NCBI GenBank assembly: GCA_965240325.2
Contig: OZ251227.1
Coordinates: forward strand, 1,116,001-1,180,000
DNA from: Rebecca billardiae RCC1528
Lineage: Eukaryota > Protista > Haptophyta
Reading direction: 5' to 3'
Length of the DNA stretch: 64,000 bases
The notes under the pieces are model-generated. The model worked only from the letters and a program-made list of their open reading frames with translations. It was not told the origin of the DNA and did not search any database. A program made the translations under genes and the position numbers. This document shows, in pieces, positions 34,661 to 46,099 of the stretch (the stretch's first letter is position 1; each line of letters begins with the position of its first letter).

Positions 34661-36892
34661 TCACCGCCGCTGCCGCCGCCGAGCAGCCGCGGATGGCGTG
34701 TAGAGGTGGGAATCCCCGCTCGTGGCAAGCACCGCGCTCAGGCCCGCCACCGGCTCCGCCTGCGGCACGCCGTCCACGCTGCCGCCGCCGATCGGTCGGT
34801 GCACGTACGGCACGAGCCCGCCACGTGGCTTGAACGCCGCATCCGTCGAGCAGCACCAGGAGGAGAGGGTCGCGGCGAAGCGGCGGTCGAACTCGGCGCC
34901 CTGCGCGGGCGAGGCGAAGCCCGCGAAGAAAGAGCGGGCGTCGCCGACGTCGAGGATCCGCGCGGAGCAGCGCCCAAGCTCAGCGCGCAGCGTCTCGTCC
35001 GTCGGCACGCGCGCGCCTGACAGGCAGCAGCCGGGCGGCGTGCGGCCGCTGCATCTCCGCGGGTCGGCGCGCGAGCGCTGCACGGCGTCCGGCACGCGCG
35101 GGTCGTCGAGGAAGCCGCGCTCGCGGTGCAGGAAGCCGGACTCGAGAAACTGCCGCGGCTTGAGCCAGTGGTCGATCGCGCAGTCGTACGGCAGCCGGAT
35201 CGCCGAGTCCGCGTCGCAGCCGGGCCCGACGTGCCCCGGCCCAAAGCCGAGCTCACACGCGCACCGCATGCGCGGCAGCACGAGCGAGCGGTTGAGGGCG
35301 GTTGCGGCCGCGAGCGCGAGCGCGAGCTGCGCGATCTGCTCGTGCACCAGCCGCATGTGCACCTCGGGGACCGCTCCGCGCGCGACGCGCGGCTGGTGCA
35401 GCAGCTCGCGCGGCACCTCCGGCGTGTACGTGAGGAAGTACCCATCTGAGTAATACTCAGGCGGGTCGATGTGCAGCCCCGCCTCGCGCAGCCGCATCAG
35501 CTTGCTGGCGGGCTCCTGCAGCCGGAGAAAGGTGGCATGCACGCCGATGGGCTCGACTGCGCGCACCTCGTGCAGCCGGCGCACGGTGTACCTGCGGGCC
35601 GCCGAGGGCGGTCCACGCTCGCGCGCACGGTGGGCAGGCGTGCCGCGCAGATGGTGCGCGCGCTCGGCGCGCGGCGCGCGCGAGGCGGCGCGCGCGCACC
35701 CGAGCAGCGAGAGGAACTGCGCGGCGGGCAGCACGCCGAGCGTCGCCTGGCCGCCGAGCATGGGGCACGCGTGGCCGCGCAGCGCGCGCCACTCGCGTCC
35801 CGTCGTGTTCCCCTTCCACCGCCGGTTGATCAGCCCCTGGTCGATGTCGTGCGCTCGCCTCGCCGCCACCGCCTCGTGCGCGGCGCGCAGCAACCGGAGC
35901 GCGCCCGGACGATCGGCGCGCGCGAGGAGGATGCCGATGTTGAGCGACTTGGCGCACGTGCCCGCGGGCTCGAGCTGCAGGTCGACCGGCGCAGCGCGCA
36001 TGCGCGCAAGCGGCTTGAGCGGCTTGTCCGAGTCGGACGTCATGTCCGTCGAGATGAGCATGTCCAGGCTGCCGTGCTCGGCGAGCGCGGCGCGCACGTA
36101 CGGCGTGGGCGAGCGCAGCCAGACGACATCCGCATCGCTCAGCAGGAGGTGCGAGCCCGCCTGCGCGGCGGCCTCGAGCAGCGCGACGGCGTGGCGCCAG
36201 CGCCCGGCCTGCGAGCCCTCGACCGTCGGCGTCGGACCCGTCGCGTACACGCCCACGCCAAACGCGCGGAGGCGCCGCTCGAGCCTCGACGGCTCTGCGC
36301 CGACGAGCGACTCGGCCGCGCCCTCGTCGACACCACCGCTGCGCGCCGCCCGCTTCCGATCGCGCTTGGTGAAGCCCGGCGGCGGGGTCCACCTCATCAG
36401 CCCGACGAGCACTGCACACTCGCCCACGATGGGCACGGCGTGGCCCACAAAGTTGAGCAGCATCGATTCAAGCTCGCGCGTCGCGACCGTGCCGATCACA
36501 ATGCCTTCGCGCGTGTGCGCGCGCACAATCTCCGCGCTCACCGGCGGCAGCGGCCCCGTGCCGAGCGAGCAGGGTGGCGTGCGCGAGGGCTCGAGCTCGA
36601 ACAGCTCGCGCTGCTGCCGAGCAATCGCCTCCTCCACGCCCGGCCGTGGCAGCGCGACACTGTGCGGCCGAGCCGCCGCGAGGGCCGCCGGGGTCGCCCA
36701 CACGAGAGCGCCAGGCTCGCGCACGGTCTCGGCCGTCGAGCCCGTCCGGGCCCACGCGAGCACGGCCACGCCAACGACGAGCACACCTGTCGCGGCGAGC
36801 GCCCCGCTCGACGCTCGGCGTCGAGGCCGCACGCCTAAGAGCCTGTCCCCCAACTTTGGCCCCAGCTCGTGGCCGTCGGTCGCCGCCATCAT
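34661..36892 (-). CDS. Nucleotide-diphospho-sugar transferase (GT77, XEG113/arabinosyltransferase-like), type II membrane protein
   Basis: Probable start 36892; N-terminal TM anchor; LLSDADVVWLRSP (DxD), LNIGILL, DQGLIN, LGVLP..QF, VHATF, KLMRLREAGL..DPPEYY, ALNRSLVLPRMRC; in-frame intron 35699-35592. Confidence 0.85.
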   Translation of the reverse strand: MMAATDGHELGPKLGDRLLGVRPRRRASSGALAATGVLVVGVAVLAWARTGSTAETVREPGALVWATPAALAAARPHSVALPRPGVEEAIARQQRELFELEPSRTPPCSLGTGPLPPVSAEIVRAHTREGIVIGTVATRELESMLLNFVGHAVPIVGECAVLVGLMRWTPPPGFTKRDRKRAARSGGVDEGAAESLVGAEPSRLERRLRAFGVGVYATGPTPTVEGSQAGRWRHAVALLEAAAQAGSHLLLSDADVVWLRSPTPYVRAALAEHGSLDMLISTDMTSDSDKPLKPLARMRAAPVDLQLEPAGTCAKSLNIGILLARADRPGALRLLRAAHEAVAARRAHDIDQGLINRRWKGNTTGREWRALRGHACPMLGGQATLGVLPAAQFLSLLGCARAASRAPRAERAHHLRGTPAHRARERGPPSAARRYTVRRLHEVRAVEPIGVHATFLRLQEPASKLMRLREAGLHIDPPEYYSDGYFLTYTPEVPRELLHQPRVARGAVPEVHMRLVHEQIAQLALALAAATALNRSLVLPRMRCACELGFGPGHVGPGCDADSAIRLPYDCAIDHWLKPRQFLESGFLHRERGFLDDPRVPDAVQRSRADPRRCSGRTPPGCCLSGARVPTDETLRAELGRCSARILDVGDARSFFAGFASPAQGAEFDRRFAATLSSWCCSTDAAFKPRGGLVPYVHRPIGGGSVDGVPQAEPVAGLSAVLATSGDSHLYTPSAAARRRQRR

Positions 36893-37061
36893 GTTCCTGG
36901 TAGGATCGCACCGGTCAGGCGGTATTTTAGACAGCGCGGGCGGGCGGCAAGGCCGGCAGCCGGCGGCAGGATGCACAGCAGGCCGGACTGGACCCGCCTC
37001 GTTCACGGCTTCACGCGGTCGTCGCGCGCCCGCGGAGGAAGAAGGCCTGACCGTGAGGGCC

Positions 37062-39269
37062 ATGCGCGTGCTGGTCGTCGCCGCGCTGGCGGGGCTGTTC
37101 GGCAGCTCGTCCAAAAAGGACCCCTCCAAGCCCGTAACCAAGTCGGGCTGGACCTGCCCGAGCGGCAGCCAGTCGAGCAAGTCCGCCAAGTCCGGGCCCC
37201 AGTACCACTTCCTCGAGCACAAGGGCACGACGCGGTGCTGGATTCAGTATGTGCCGCGCGAGGCGCAGCGCGAGCCGCGGCCGGTGGTGATCGACATGCA
37301 CCCGCTGCAGGCGACGGCCGAGCTGATGCACAAGTCCGATGGCTTCGAGCGCCTCGCCAAGGCGGAGGGCTTCATCGCCGTCTGGCCGAACGGCTTCCGC
37401 CGCTCATGGAACGCTGGCGGCATCTGCTGCGGTGCGGCGTCGTACAACGACATCGACGACGTCGGCTTCCTTCTCGCGATGATCACCCGGCTGCGCGAGA
37501 CGCTCAACGTCGACCCATCGCGGATCTACGTCACCGGCCACTCCAACGGCTGCGGGATGGCGCAGCGGCTCGCTGTCGAGGCCTCGGCGGTGATCGCGGC
37601 GGTCGCGTGCATGTCCGGCTTCTGGACAGCGCGGCTCCCGGACGAGGCGGCGGGCGCGCTGCTGCCCATGCCGTTCCTCGCGGTGCACTGTCGCGACGAC
37701 ATGGAGTCGCCCGCGAAGTACGACCCGCTCGCGCTCCGCAACCTCCAGCGCTGGCGCCAGCACGACGGGTGCTTCGGCGAGCCGTCGAGGGTGTGGCAGA
37801 ACTCGACCTCGATGTTCGAGCTGTACACCGAGTGCGACCACGGCGTGGAGGCGGGGCTGGTGACGCTCGAGGTGTGCGGGCACTGGCCGTACAAGGCGAA
37901 GCGGCCGCCCATGTTCCTGCTCAATCGGCTGATCCAAGGCCCCGACCCGGTCACGACGATGCCGGAGGATGCGATCCAAATTGCATGGGGCTTCCTCAAG
38001 AAGTTTCGGCTGCGCGCGGACGGCGGCTCGCGGCAAGAGGACCCGCCGCCGGCGGCGCTGGCATCGGGGCGCGTGGGCTTCGGGGCGAGCGCGAGCACGC
38101 ATGGCGCACACGACGCCGCGCACGACGCGCACGACGACCCGAACCCCGCGCTCGGCTGGCCGGACCCGCCCTCCGCGGCGGACGGCGGCGCGTCGGACGC
38201 TTACGGCACCGCTGGAGCGCGAGGGTCGCTCGGTGGTGCGCACACCGCAGCCCATGGCCAGCCGACCGTCGCCAGCGGCGGCGCGCCGCCGCTCGCGGCC
38301 GAGCTGCAGGCGACGATATCAACGCTTGAAGCTAGCATCTTTGACGGGCCGTCGGCAGCGCCGGCCGTCGCGGCCAGCCACCCGGTCACGCCCGCGCACG
38401 GCGCAGCGAATGCGACGACGGCCATGGCGCCGGCCTCAGCGCACCCTGCTGGCCTTGCCAACGCGACGGCGGCTGTCGCCCCTGCGGCCTCCGCGGCTGC
38501 TGCGCCCGCGGCGCGCACAGGGACGGCGAAGCCTCCGGCCTCAGCGGTGGCGGGCCCAGCCCGCCGTGCGAATATCACGGCGCCTGCGGCAGCTGGCGGC
38601 GCGGAAGAGGCTGGCCAGGGCAACGCAACGGCGCGCGTGGCTTCCGCTGCCGTTGCTGCTGCGCCCGCGGCCAACTCCACTGCTGCACCCACCGCCGCCG
38701 CCGCCGCTGATGCCGCCGCCGCCGCGCAACGCCCGCACCATGCCAACGTGAGCGAGGCGAGCGCAGCGGCGCCCGCCTCTGCGGCCACTGCGGCCGTCAC
38801 AACAGCTCCGGCAACAGCGGGCACGCCGCGCGCGGCGAACGCCACGGCGCCCGCTGGCGCTGCAACCATCGTTGCCGCTGCCGTCAAGGCCGGCCCTGCT
38901 GCTGGCCCGGCGCGCCCGCCCGGGCGTGCCAACGTAACGGCTCCCGTCGCCGCTGCCACCGCAAGCGCCTCGTCGCGGCCACCCAGCCAGATCAACGAGA
39001 CGGCGCCTGCTGGGGCTGCACCCAGCGCGGTTGCGGCACACTTGGCCACGGCATCGAACGCAACGGCTGTTGCCGCCGCAGCACGCCCAACCGGCCAGCC
39101 GTATGTGCTGACGCCGGCTTCCGCCGCGCCCGCGCACGCGCCCGCGCACGCGCCCGCCCCTGCCACCATGGCGCGCACTGCGCCTGCCGCAAGCTCAGCC
39201 GGTGGAAAGCCCGCGTCGAGCACAGCGGCGACCGTGCTGCGCCCGCTGCGGGAGTCCCGTACTGATTGA
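37062..39269 (+). CDS. Secreted alpha/beta-hydrolase esterase (LpqC/PHB-depolymerase-like) with Ala/Pro/Thr-rich tail
   Basis: Signal-like MRVLVVAALAGLFG; PVVIDMH, GFIAVWPNG, SWNAGGICCG, DDVGFL, VDPSRIYVTGHSNG (nucleophile GxSxG), GHWP; low-complexity C-terminus. Confidence 0.88.
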   Translation: MRVLVVAALAGLFGSSSKKDPSKPVTKSGWTCPSGSQSSKSAKSGPQYHFLEHKGTTRCWIQYVPREAQREPRPVVIDMHPLQATAELMHKSDGFERLAKAEGFIAVWPNGFRRSWNAGGICCGAASYNDIDDVGFLLAMITRLRETLNVDPSRIYVTGHSNGCGMAQRLAVEASAVIAAVACMSGFWTARLPDEAAGALLPMPFLAVHCRDDMESPAKYDPLALRNLQRWRQHDGCFGEPSRVWQNSTSMFELYTECDHGVEAGLVTLEVCGHWPYKAKRPPMFLLNRLIQGPDPVTTMPEDAIQIAWGFLKKFRLRADGGSRQEDPPPAALASGRVGFGASASTHGAHDAAHDAHDDPNPALGWPDPPSAADGGASDAYGTAGARGSLGGAHTAAHGQPTVASGGAPPLAAELQATISTLEASIFDGPSAAPAVAASHPVTPAHGAANATTAMAPASAHPAGLANATAAVAPAASAAAAPAARTGTAKPPASAVAGPARRANITAPAAAGGAEEAGQGNATARVASAAVAAAPAANSTAAPTAAAAADAAAAAQRPHHANVSEASAAAPASAATAAVTTAPATAGTPRAANATAPAGAATIVAAAVKAGPAAGPARPPGRANVTAPVAAATASASSRPPSQINETAPAGAAPSAVAAHLATASNATAVAAAARPTGQPYVLTPASAAPAHAPAHAPAPATMARTAPAASSAGGKPASSTAATVLRPLRESRTD

Positions 39270-41699
39270 TGAGCCGCAGTATTCGCGGCCAGGCTGGCCG
39301 GCAGCGGCGGTGCCGCTGGGAACAGTGTCAGTGTCACTGCAGAGGCTGCTGCGCCCTCGGTCAGTTGGCTTCGGCCAGCCTGGTGGCGAACTTCGGCAAC
39401 AGACAACAGTCCCGCGCGCTCCCCGGGCCGAACTCGACGCCGCACCGATCGGCGAAATTAATCACGATCGACGATGACGGCGGACGATTCATCCACGACT
39501 CTGGCAAGAGTGAAGAGAGCTGAGCCATCAGGCGTCATCCCCCCGGATCATGTCAGACCAAGGCTTCAGACTGGCCGTGGACTGAGATTCTTAGCACGGT
39601 ACTCACGTAAGACTGTCATCACCGCGGTGACTGTGACGGTCCGACCGAGACCTGGCCCGCTGCCCGCGGTCCCTCAGCCATGGCGGGGGTGGGTAAGTCA
39701 CTTACTAAGTCACTGGGTAGTGGATCACTGGATCCTACCCTAGATCGCCATCTCAAACTGCCTGCATCACTTGTTTCATAGCACATCTTTATACGAGCCA
39801 CGGGGCATGAGTAGATTCGAATACTGTGAGAATCGTAACGGAGTGCATGGAGAACTGCATGGACAACGAAACCGACTTCGCAATTCATGGGGTCCCAACC
39901 CGGTTTGGCGCTTTTCGGCCAACTCAACAGAAGGATGTTCTGTTGAGTTGGCCGATCGGCGAGGGGGGGGGGTGGGCTCGACAACAGGGCCCAGGCTCTG
40001 TTGAGTTGAGCTTGGAGGCCAGCTGGACTCGACAGAAGAATGCTCTGTTGAGTCGGTCGGACCTTGGCGGCCTCTCGACAGAGCCCTGGTCTGTTGAGTG
40101 ATCGTTGGTGGACACCGGTGATGGCTGAAGGGGGTGCCTTGGGGCGCACCGACGGCGTAAAGGCGCTGCGGGCGCTGCGGTGCGCGCGACGGCGGCGCGC
40201 CCGGTGGCGCTGCTGTTGGAAGCTACTGCGCCCCTCTCCACCTCGCGCGCTTCGCTCGTCGTCGCCGTCTCCGCACCTGCTACCGGCATGCACGCATGCG
40301 CAGCGCCTCGGACGCCCGTTGACGGCGCGCGCCCCGGCAACCGCCCATCACCGGCGGCGGCGAGTGCTGTTGCGGTTGGATGGAATCGGATGGTCTGCTG
40401 ATAGTTGGACCAACCAACCAACGCCCTCGGTGGGCTTGGGCTTTGGTGTACGGAGCGTTCGGTGGAACTTGAGCCTCGGCACATTTCCCAGCGAAGTGGC
40501 CCACCTCGACGTGGCTGGCACGCTCGTCACGCGCTCCCGAGCGCTCGTTTCGCGGTGCCGCAGGCCTTGGGCAGACCAGTCAGACATGGCGCGACCGCAT
40601 TACCGGGCCATGTGCGCACCACATCCGCGCTACGTGGCCTGCGCTCTGGACGACTGGGAGTCAATGCCCGGACCCACTGCATTCCACTGCCCCGCATGCA
40701 CCCCGAGTCACCGTCAGAAGGCGTCGACGAGCGCAGAGCGGGTGCGCGGGAGTTCAACCAACTCGTGTACCTTCTTGCAAGCACCAGTGGCGAGGTCGCA
40801 CGCCCAATCGTGACCAGCCGTGGAACTTGAGCCGGTCGGCAGCAAAACCACCGTGTGGCGGCCGAGATGAAGTAGCAGCGTGCAACTGCAAGGAGGAGGC
40901 GCGGTGCGTGTCCGCGGCTGGCGAGAGGCGTCCGGACCGTGATGTTCTCGGCCGCGTCCGCGCGCTTCCCGCCGCCGCAGGCCCCGTGTACGCCCGTCGT
41001 CGCCCTCGCCGCGTGGGGCGTGGGCGCCCACCGAGCTCAAGTTCCATGGCAAGGAAGTACTGTACTGATCTACAGTTTACTATGATACAGTACGTAGTAA
41101 GATTTAACGTGCACACTTGGTTCAACAGTACGTAGTGATCTTGACAATGTGGCCGTGCACGCGGCAACAGGGCTCAGGCGGCCCAGTTGTCGAGTGCAGG
41201 CGTGTGTGGCTTGCGATGGCAGCCAGCCGTCAGCCGGGGCGCCACGCCCACGGTTCGCTGGTGGGCTGGCCCGATGGCGTCGCAGAGCTCACGCGTACGG
41301 GGGAGGAGGGCATCGACGAGGAGACGACCAAGGGCGAGAAGCAGCCGGGGGCACGCAGCACGGGGCTCGGAGCATGCCGCCAGCACGCGTGCCTCCACAC
41401 CGTCGCACGTCACCCTTGCTCGTAGCTGTGCGCTGTGCTGCACTCATCTCACCATCGCCCATGCTACGGGCGCGGCCGGGTGGTGGACATCTACCTGTCG
41501 GCGCAGCACTGGCATCGGTGGTCGCCAGACACTTCTCGACTTGCTCTGCGCGTGACAGCAAGGAGACGGCAGCGCCACAGCTGTGTGAGCAGATGAGGTC
41601 CTACTACTCTACTCGGCGAGGCAGTACTGGCATGGACTGCAATCCTGGTGCATGCAATCCTGGTGCCGCTACTGGCATGTTCCCCTACTCAGACGGCAG

Positions 41700-44600
41700 G
41701 GCCATCAATACAGTACGGTGCTGCTTCGGATACACGCGCCCAGCGCTGCTGGTAATAGTAGTAGCGGCGCTGTTGATGCTGCAGCAGCAAGCAGCAGTAC
41801 AGTACCACGACGGGCGGCGGCAGTCGCTCCAGCTATCAGCTCGGTGGTGCTCGCTTGAACGGCCTGGGCAATGGCGCGCCGAAAGTAGCGACCTAGCCCA
41901 TCGCGTCCACCGCGATGGGGTCGCTGGCAACTGATGATGCTGCGCCCGCGCCCATCCGGGCCAACACCAGCAGCAGCCACGCTCGGCGAATCTGCACCGC
42001 ATGCGGCAGCAGCTGCTGGGATGGTCCCGCTGCGGATGACGGCGTTCGCCGCAGATGACAGCTCGGTGTCGCTCGCTCGAGGGGCCACGGCGACGGACGC
42101 GTCGAGCGCGTTGACGTCACTCCACGCGACCACGGCACTGCCCAGCGCGCTGGAGCCGCTCCCATCTGGTGCTGCTGTGCCTGCGCCCAGCTGGGGCCCA
42201 GCTGCAGCAGCGCTCGACTCCGCGCCGCATTGGCGGCACAAGCAGGGATGGTGCCACGGCGGGCGGCGGCGGTCAACGCAGCTGGAAGCTCGGCGGTGCA
42301 CGCCCGAGAGGCGTGGGCGCTGGGCGCACCGAGCGCCGTGACGCTGCTCGCCTCGCCCATCGCGCTGGAGCCGCTGCCATCCGGTGCTGCTGCGCCCGCG
42401 CCCAGCCGTGGCAGCAGCAGCAGCGCTCGACTCCGCGCCGCGTGCGGCAGCAGCAGCAGGGATGGTGCCACGGCGGGCGGCGGCGGTCGACGGAGCTGGA
42501 AGCTCGGCGGTGCACGCCCGAGAGGCTTGGGCGCTGGGCGCACCGAGCGCCGTGACGCTGCTCGCCTCGCCCATCGCGCTGGAGCCGCTGCCATCCGACG
42601 CTGCTGCGCCCGCGCCCGGCCAGGGCAGCAGCGGCAGCGCTCAACTCCGCGCCGCGTGCGGCGGCAGCAGCAGGGATGGTGCCACGGCGGGCGGCGGCGG
42701 TCGACGCAGCTGGAAGCTCGGCGGTGCACGCCCGAGGGGCGTGGGCGCTGGGCGCACCGAGCGCCGTGACGCTGCTCGCCTCGCCCATGGCGCTGGAGCC
42801 GCTGCCATCCGACGCTGCTGCGCCCGCGCCCAGCCGTGGCAGCAGCAGCAGCGCTCGACTCCGCGCCGCGTGCGGCGGCAGCAGCAGGGATGGTGCCACG
42901 GCGGGCGGCGGCGGTCGACGGAGCTGGAAGCTCGGCGGTGCACGCCCGAGGGGCGTGGGCGGTGGGCGCACCGAGCGCCGTGACGCTGCTCGCCTCGCCC
43001 ATGGCGCTGGAGCCGCTGCCATCCGGTGCTGCTGCGCCCGCGCCCAGCCGTGGCAGCAGTAGCAGCGCTCGACTCCGCGCCGCGTGCGGCAGCAGCAGCA
43101 GGGATGGTGCCATGGCGGGCGGCGGCTGTCGACGCAGCTGTCAGCTCGGCGGTGCACGCCCGAGGGGCGTGGGCGCTGGGCGCACCGAGCGCCGTGACGC
43201 TGCTCGCCTCGCCCATCGCGCTGGAGCCGCTGCCATCCGGTGCTGCTGCGCCCGCGCCCAGCCGTGGCAGCAGCAGCAGCGCTCGACTCCGCGCCGCGTG
43301 CGGCAGCAGCAGCAGGGATGGTGCCACGGCGGGCGGCGGCGGTCGACGGAGCTGGAAGCTCGGCGGTGCACGCCCGAGAGGCTTGGGCGCTGGGCGCACC
43401 GAGCGCCGTGACGCTGCTCGCCTCGCCCATCGCGCTGGAGCCGCTGCCATCCGACGCTGCTGCGCCCGCGCCCGGCCAGGGCAGCAGCGGCAGCGCTCAA
43501 CTCCGCGCCGCGTGCGGCGGCAGCAGCAGGGATGGTGCCACGGCGGGCGGCGGCGGTCGACGCAGCTGGAAGCTCGGCGGTGCACGCCCGAGGGGCGTGG
43601 GCGCTGGGCGCACCGAGCGCCGTGACGCTGCTCGCCTCGCCCATGGCGCTGGAGCCGCTGCCATCCGACGCTGCTGCGCCCGCGCCCAGCCGTGGCAGCA
43701 GCAGCAGCGCTCGACTCCGCGCCGCGTGCGGCGGCAGCAGCAGGGATGGTGCCACGGCGGGCGGCGGCGGTCGACGGAGCTGGAAGCTCGGCGGTGCACG
43801 CCCGAGGGGCGTGGGCGGTGGGCGCACCGAGCGCCGTGACGCTGCTCGCCTCGCCCATGGCGCTGGAGCCGCTGCCATCCGGTGCTGCTGCGCCCGCGCC
43901 CAGCCGTGGCAGCAGCAGCAGCGCTCGACTCCGCGCCGCGTGCGGCGGCAGCAGCAGGGATGGTGCCACGGCGGGCGGCGGCGGTCGTCGTAGCTGGAAG
44001 CTCGGCGGTGCACGCCCGAGGGGCGTGGGCGGTGGGCGCACCGAGCGCCGTGACGCTGCTCGCCTCGCCCATGGCGCTGGAGCCGCTGCCATCCGACGCT
44101 GCTGCGCCCGCGCCCAGCCAGGGCAGCAGCGGCAGCGCTCAACTCCGCGCCGCGTGCGGCAGCAGCAGCAGGGATGGTGCCATGGCGGGCGGCGGCGGTC
44201 GACGGAGCTGTCAGCTCGGCGGTGCACGCCCGAGGGGCGTGGGCGCTGGAGGCACCGAACGCGGTGACGCTGCTCTCCTCGACCATCGCGCTGGAGCCGC
44301 TGCCATCCGGTGCTACTGCGCCCGCGCCCAGCCGTGGCAGCAGCAGCAGCGCTCGACCCCGCGCCGCGTGCGGCGGCAGCAGCAGGGATGGTGCCACGGC
44401 GGGCGGCGGCGGTCGACGGAGCTGTCAGCTCGGCGGTGCACGCCCGAGGGGCGTGGGCGCTGGAGGCACCGAACGCGGTGACGCTGCTCGCCTCGCCCAT
44501 GGCACTGGAGCCGCTGCCATCCGACGCTGCTGTGCCGGCGCCCAGCTTGGGCAGCAGCGGCAGCGCTCGACTCCGCGCCGCGTGCGGCGGCAGCAGCAGG

Positions 44601-45300
44601 GATGGTGCCATGGCGGGCGGCGGCTGTCGACGCAGCTGTCAGCTCGGCGGTGCACGCCCGAGGGGCGTGGGCGCTGGAGGCACCGAACGCGGTGACGCTG
44701 CTCGCCTCGCCCATGGCGCTGGAGCCGCTGCCATCCGGTGCTGCTGCGCCCGCGCCCAGCCGTGGCAGCAGTAGCAGCGCTCGACTCCGCGCCGCGTGCG
44801 GCAGCAGCAGCAGGGATGGTGCCATGGCGGGCGGCGGCTGTCGACGCAGCTGTCAGCTCGACGGTGCACGCCCGAGGGGCGTGGGCGGTGGGCGCACCGA
44901 ACGCGGTGCCGCTGCTCGCCTCGCCCATGGCACTGGAGCCGCTGCCATCCGACGCTGCTGCGCCGGCGCCCAGCTTGGGCAGCAGCGGCAGCGCTCGACT
45001 CCGCGCCGCGTGCGGCGGCAGCAGCAGGGATGGTGCCACGGCGGGCGGCCGCAGCAGCTGAAAGCTTGGCAGTGCCCACCCGAGAGGCGTGGGCGCTGGA
45101 CGCACCGAGCGTGGTGTCGCCGCTCGCCTCGTTCCGTAGCGCGCTCGAGCCTCTGCCATTCGATGCCGCTGCGCCCGCGCCACGGCGCCGCTGCACGGCT
45201 GCAGCTGGCAGCAGCTGCGCTCAGGAGGCTTCGCGCCGCATGCGGTGGTAGCAGCAGGGAGGTGCCACAGCCAGGCCGGCGGCGGTGGTCGGGCGGTGCT
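41700..45300 (+). repeat. 214-bp tandem repeat array (about 16-17 units, degenerate at the edges)
   Basis: Identical ORF-track motifs recur at multiples of 214 bp (42384, 43026, 43240, 43882, 44310, 44738). Confidence 0.93.
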
Positions 45301-46099
45301 GAGTACTGCTTGGCACGCCGACGACCGGTCGTTATAAACTACGACTCTACTAGCTGCTGACCAGCTGACCGTGTCGCGCCGGAGTGTAGCACGGTGCCCG
45401 GATGAATATGACGCCTATAAGCTGACGGTCGGCGCGGATCTAGTACCGCGCGCGTCACGTAGTCGCCTCATCATCGTCGTCAGCTTAGTCACTGAGCTTA
45501 TTACTCTGATGAGTGATGTCGACTACTGCGCGCTGCTACATCATTGAGTTTATTGAGCCGTATAGTCCCGTAAGACTAAGAACAGCAGTAGTCGTAATAA
45601 GCAGATCGACGACTGCTAAGCCATCAGCGCAGCAGACTATACTCATACTAAGTACTGCTTCATCGCACTTATTATTATACCCGGACGCGACGACTGATCG
45701 AGTGTGACTGTGAGCCGCCAGCACAACCGTGGCGCCATCAGGCATCACGACTGCGTATATGTATGCTCCGGATATATATATATCTGCGCTGTGACGGTGT
45801 GGTCATGTGGTGATGTGACTTCGTCGGACGAACGGTGGCCGCGGATCGGGAGACGGCCCGGTCGGACTGCCTGCTGATGCTCAGTTGCGCGCGGACTGCG
45901 TCAGTCTGATCGACGCGATATATATATATATACGCCACTCCGCCTCCGTCCCGTGTAGGCCGGGATGCGCTGATGTCGTAGCCAGTGATGATGCGCGTGA
46001 TCGATGCTGATCGATTGACTCATCGATGCTGACGAAAACTACGCTACTACTGTGCCGCCTACCTGCCGGGCTACGACTCGGGTCTGCGCCGCCGGGCTT

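Noticed and set aside
35469-37061. 1266-aa plus ORF as a single fused protein
   Set aside because: The first ~530 codons are the antisense of the GT77 gene; the esterase starts at 37062.
40064-41595. ORFs in the foldback arms as a transposase
   Set aside because: No DDE or other recognisable motif; short ORFs occur in all frames.
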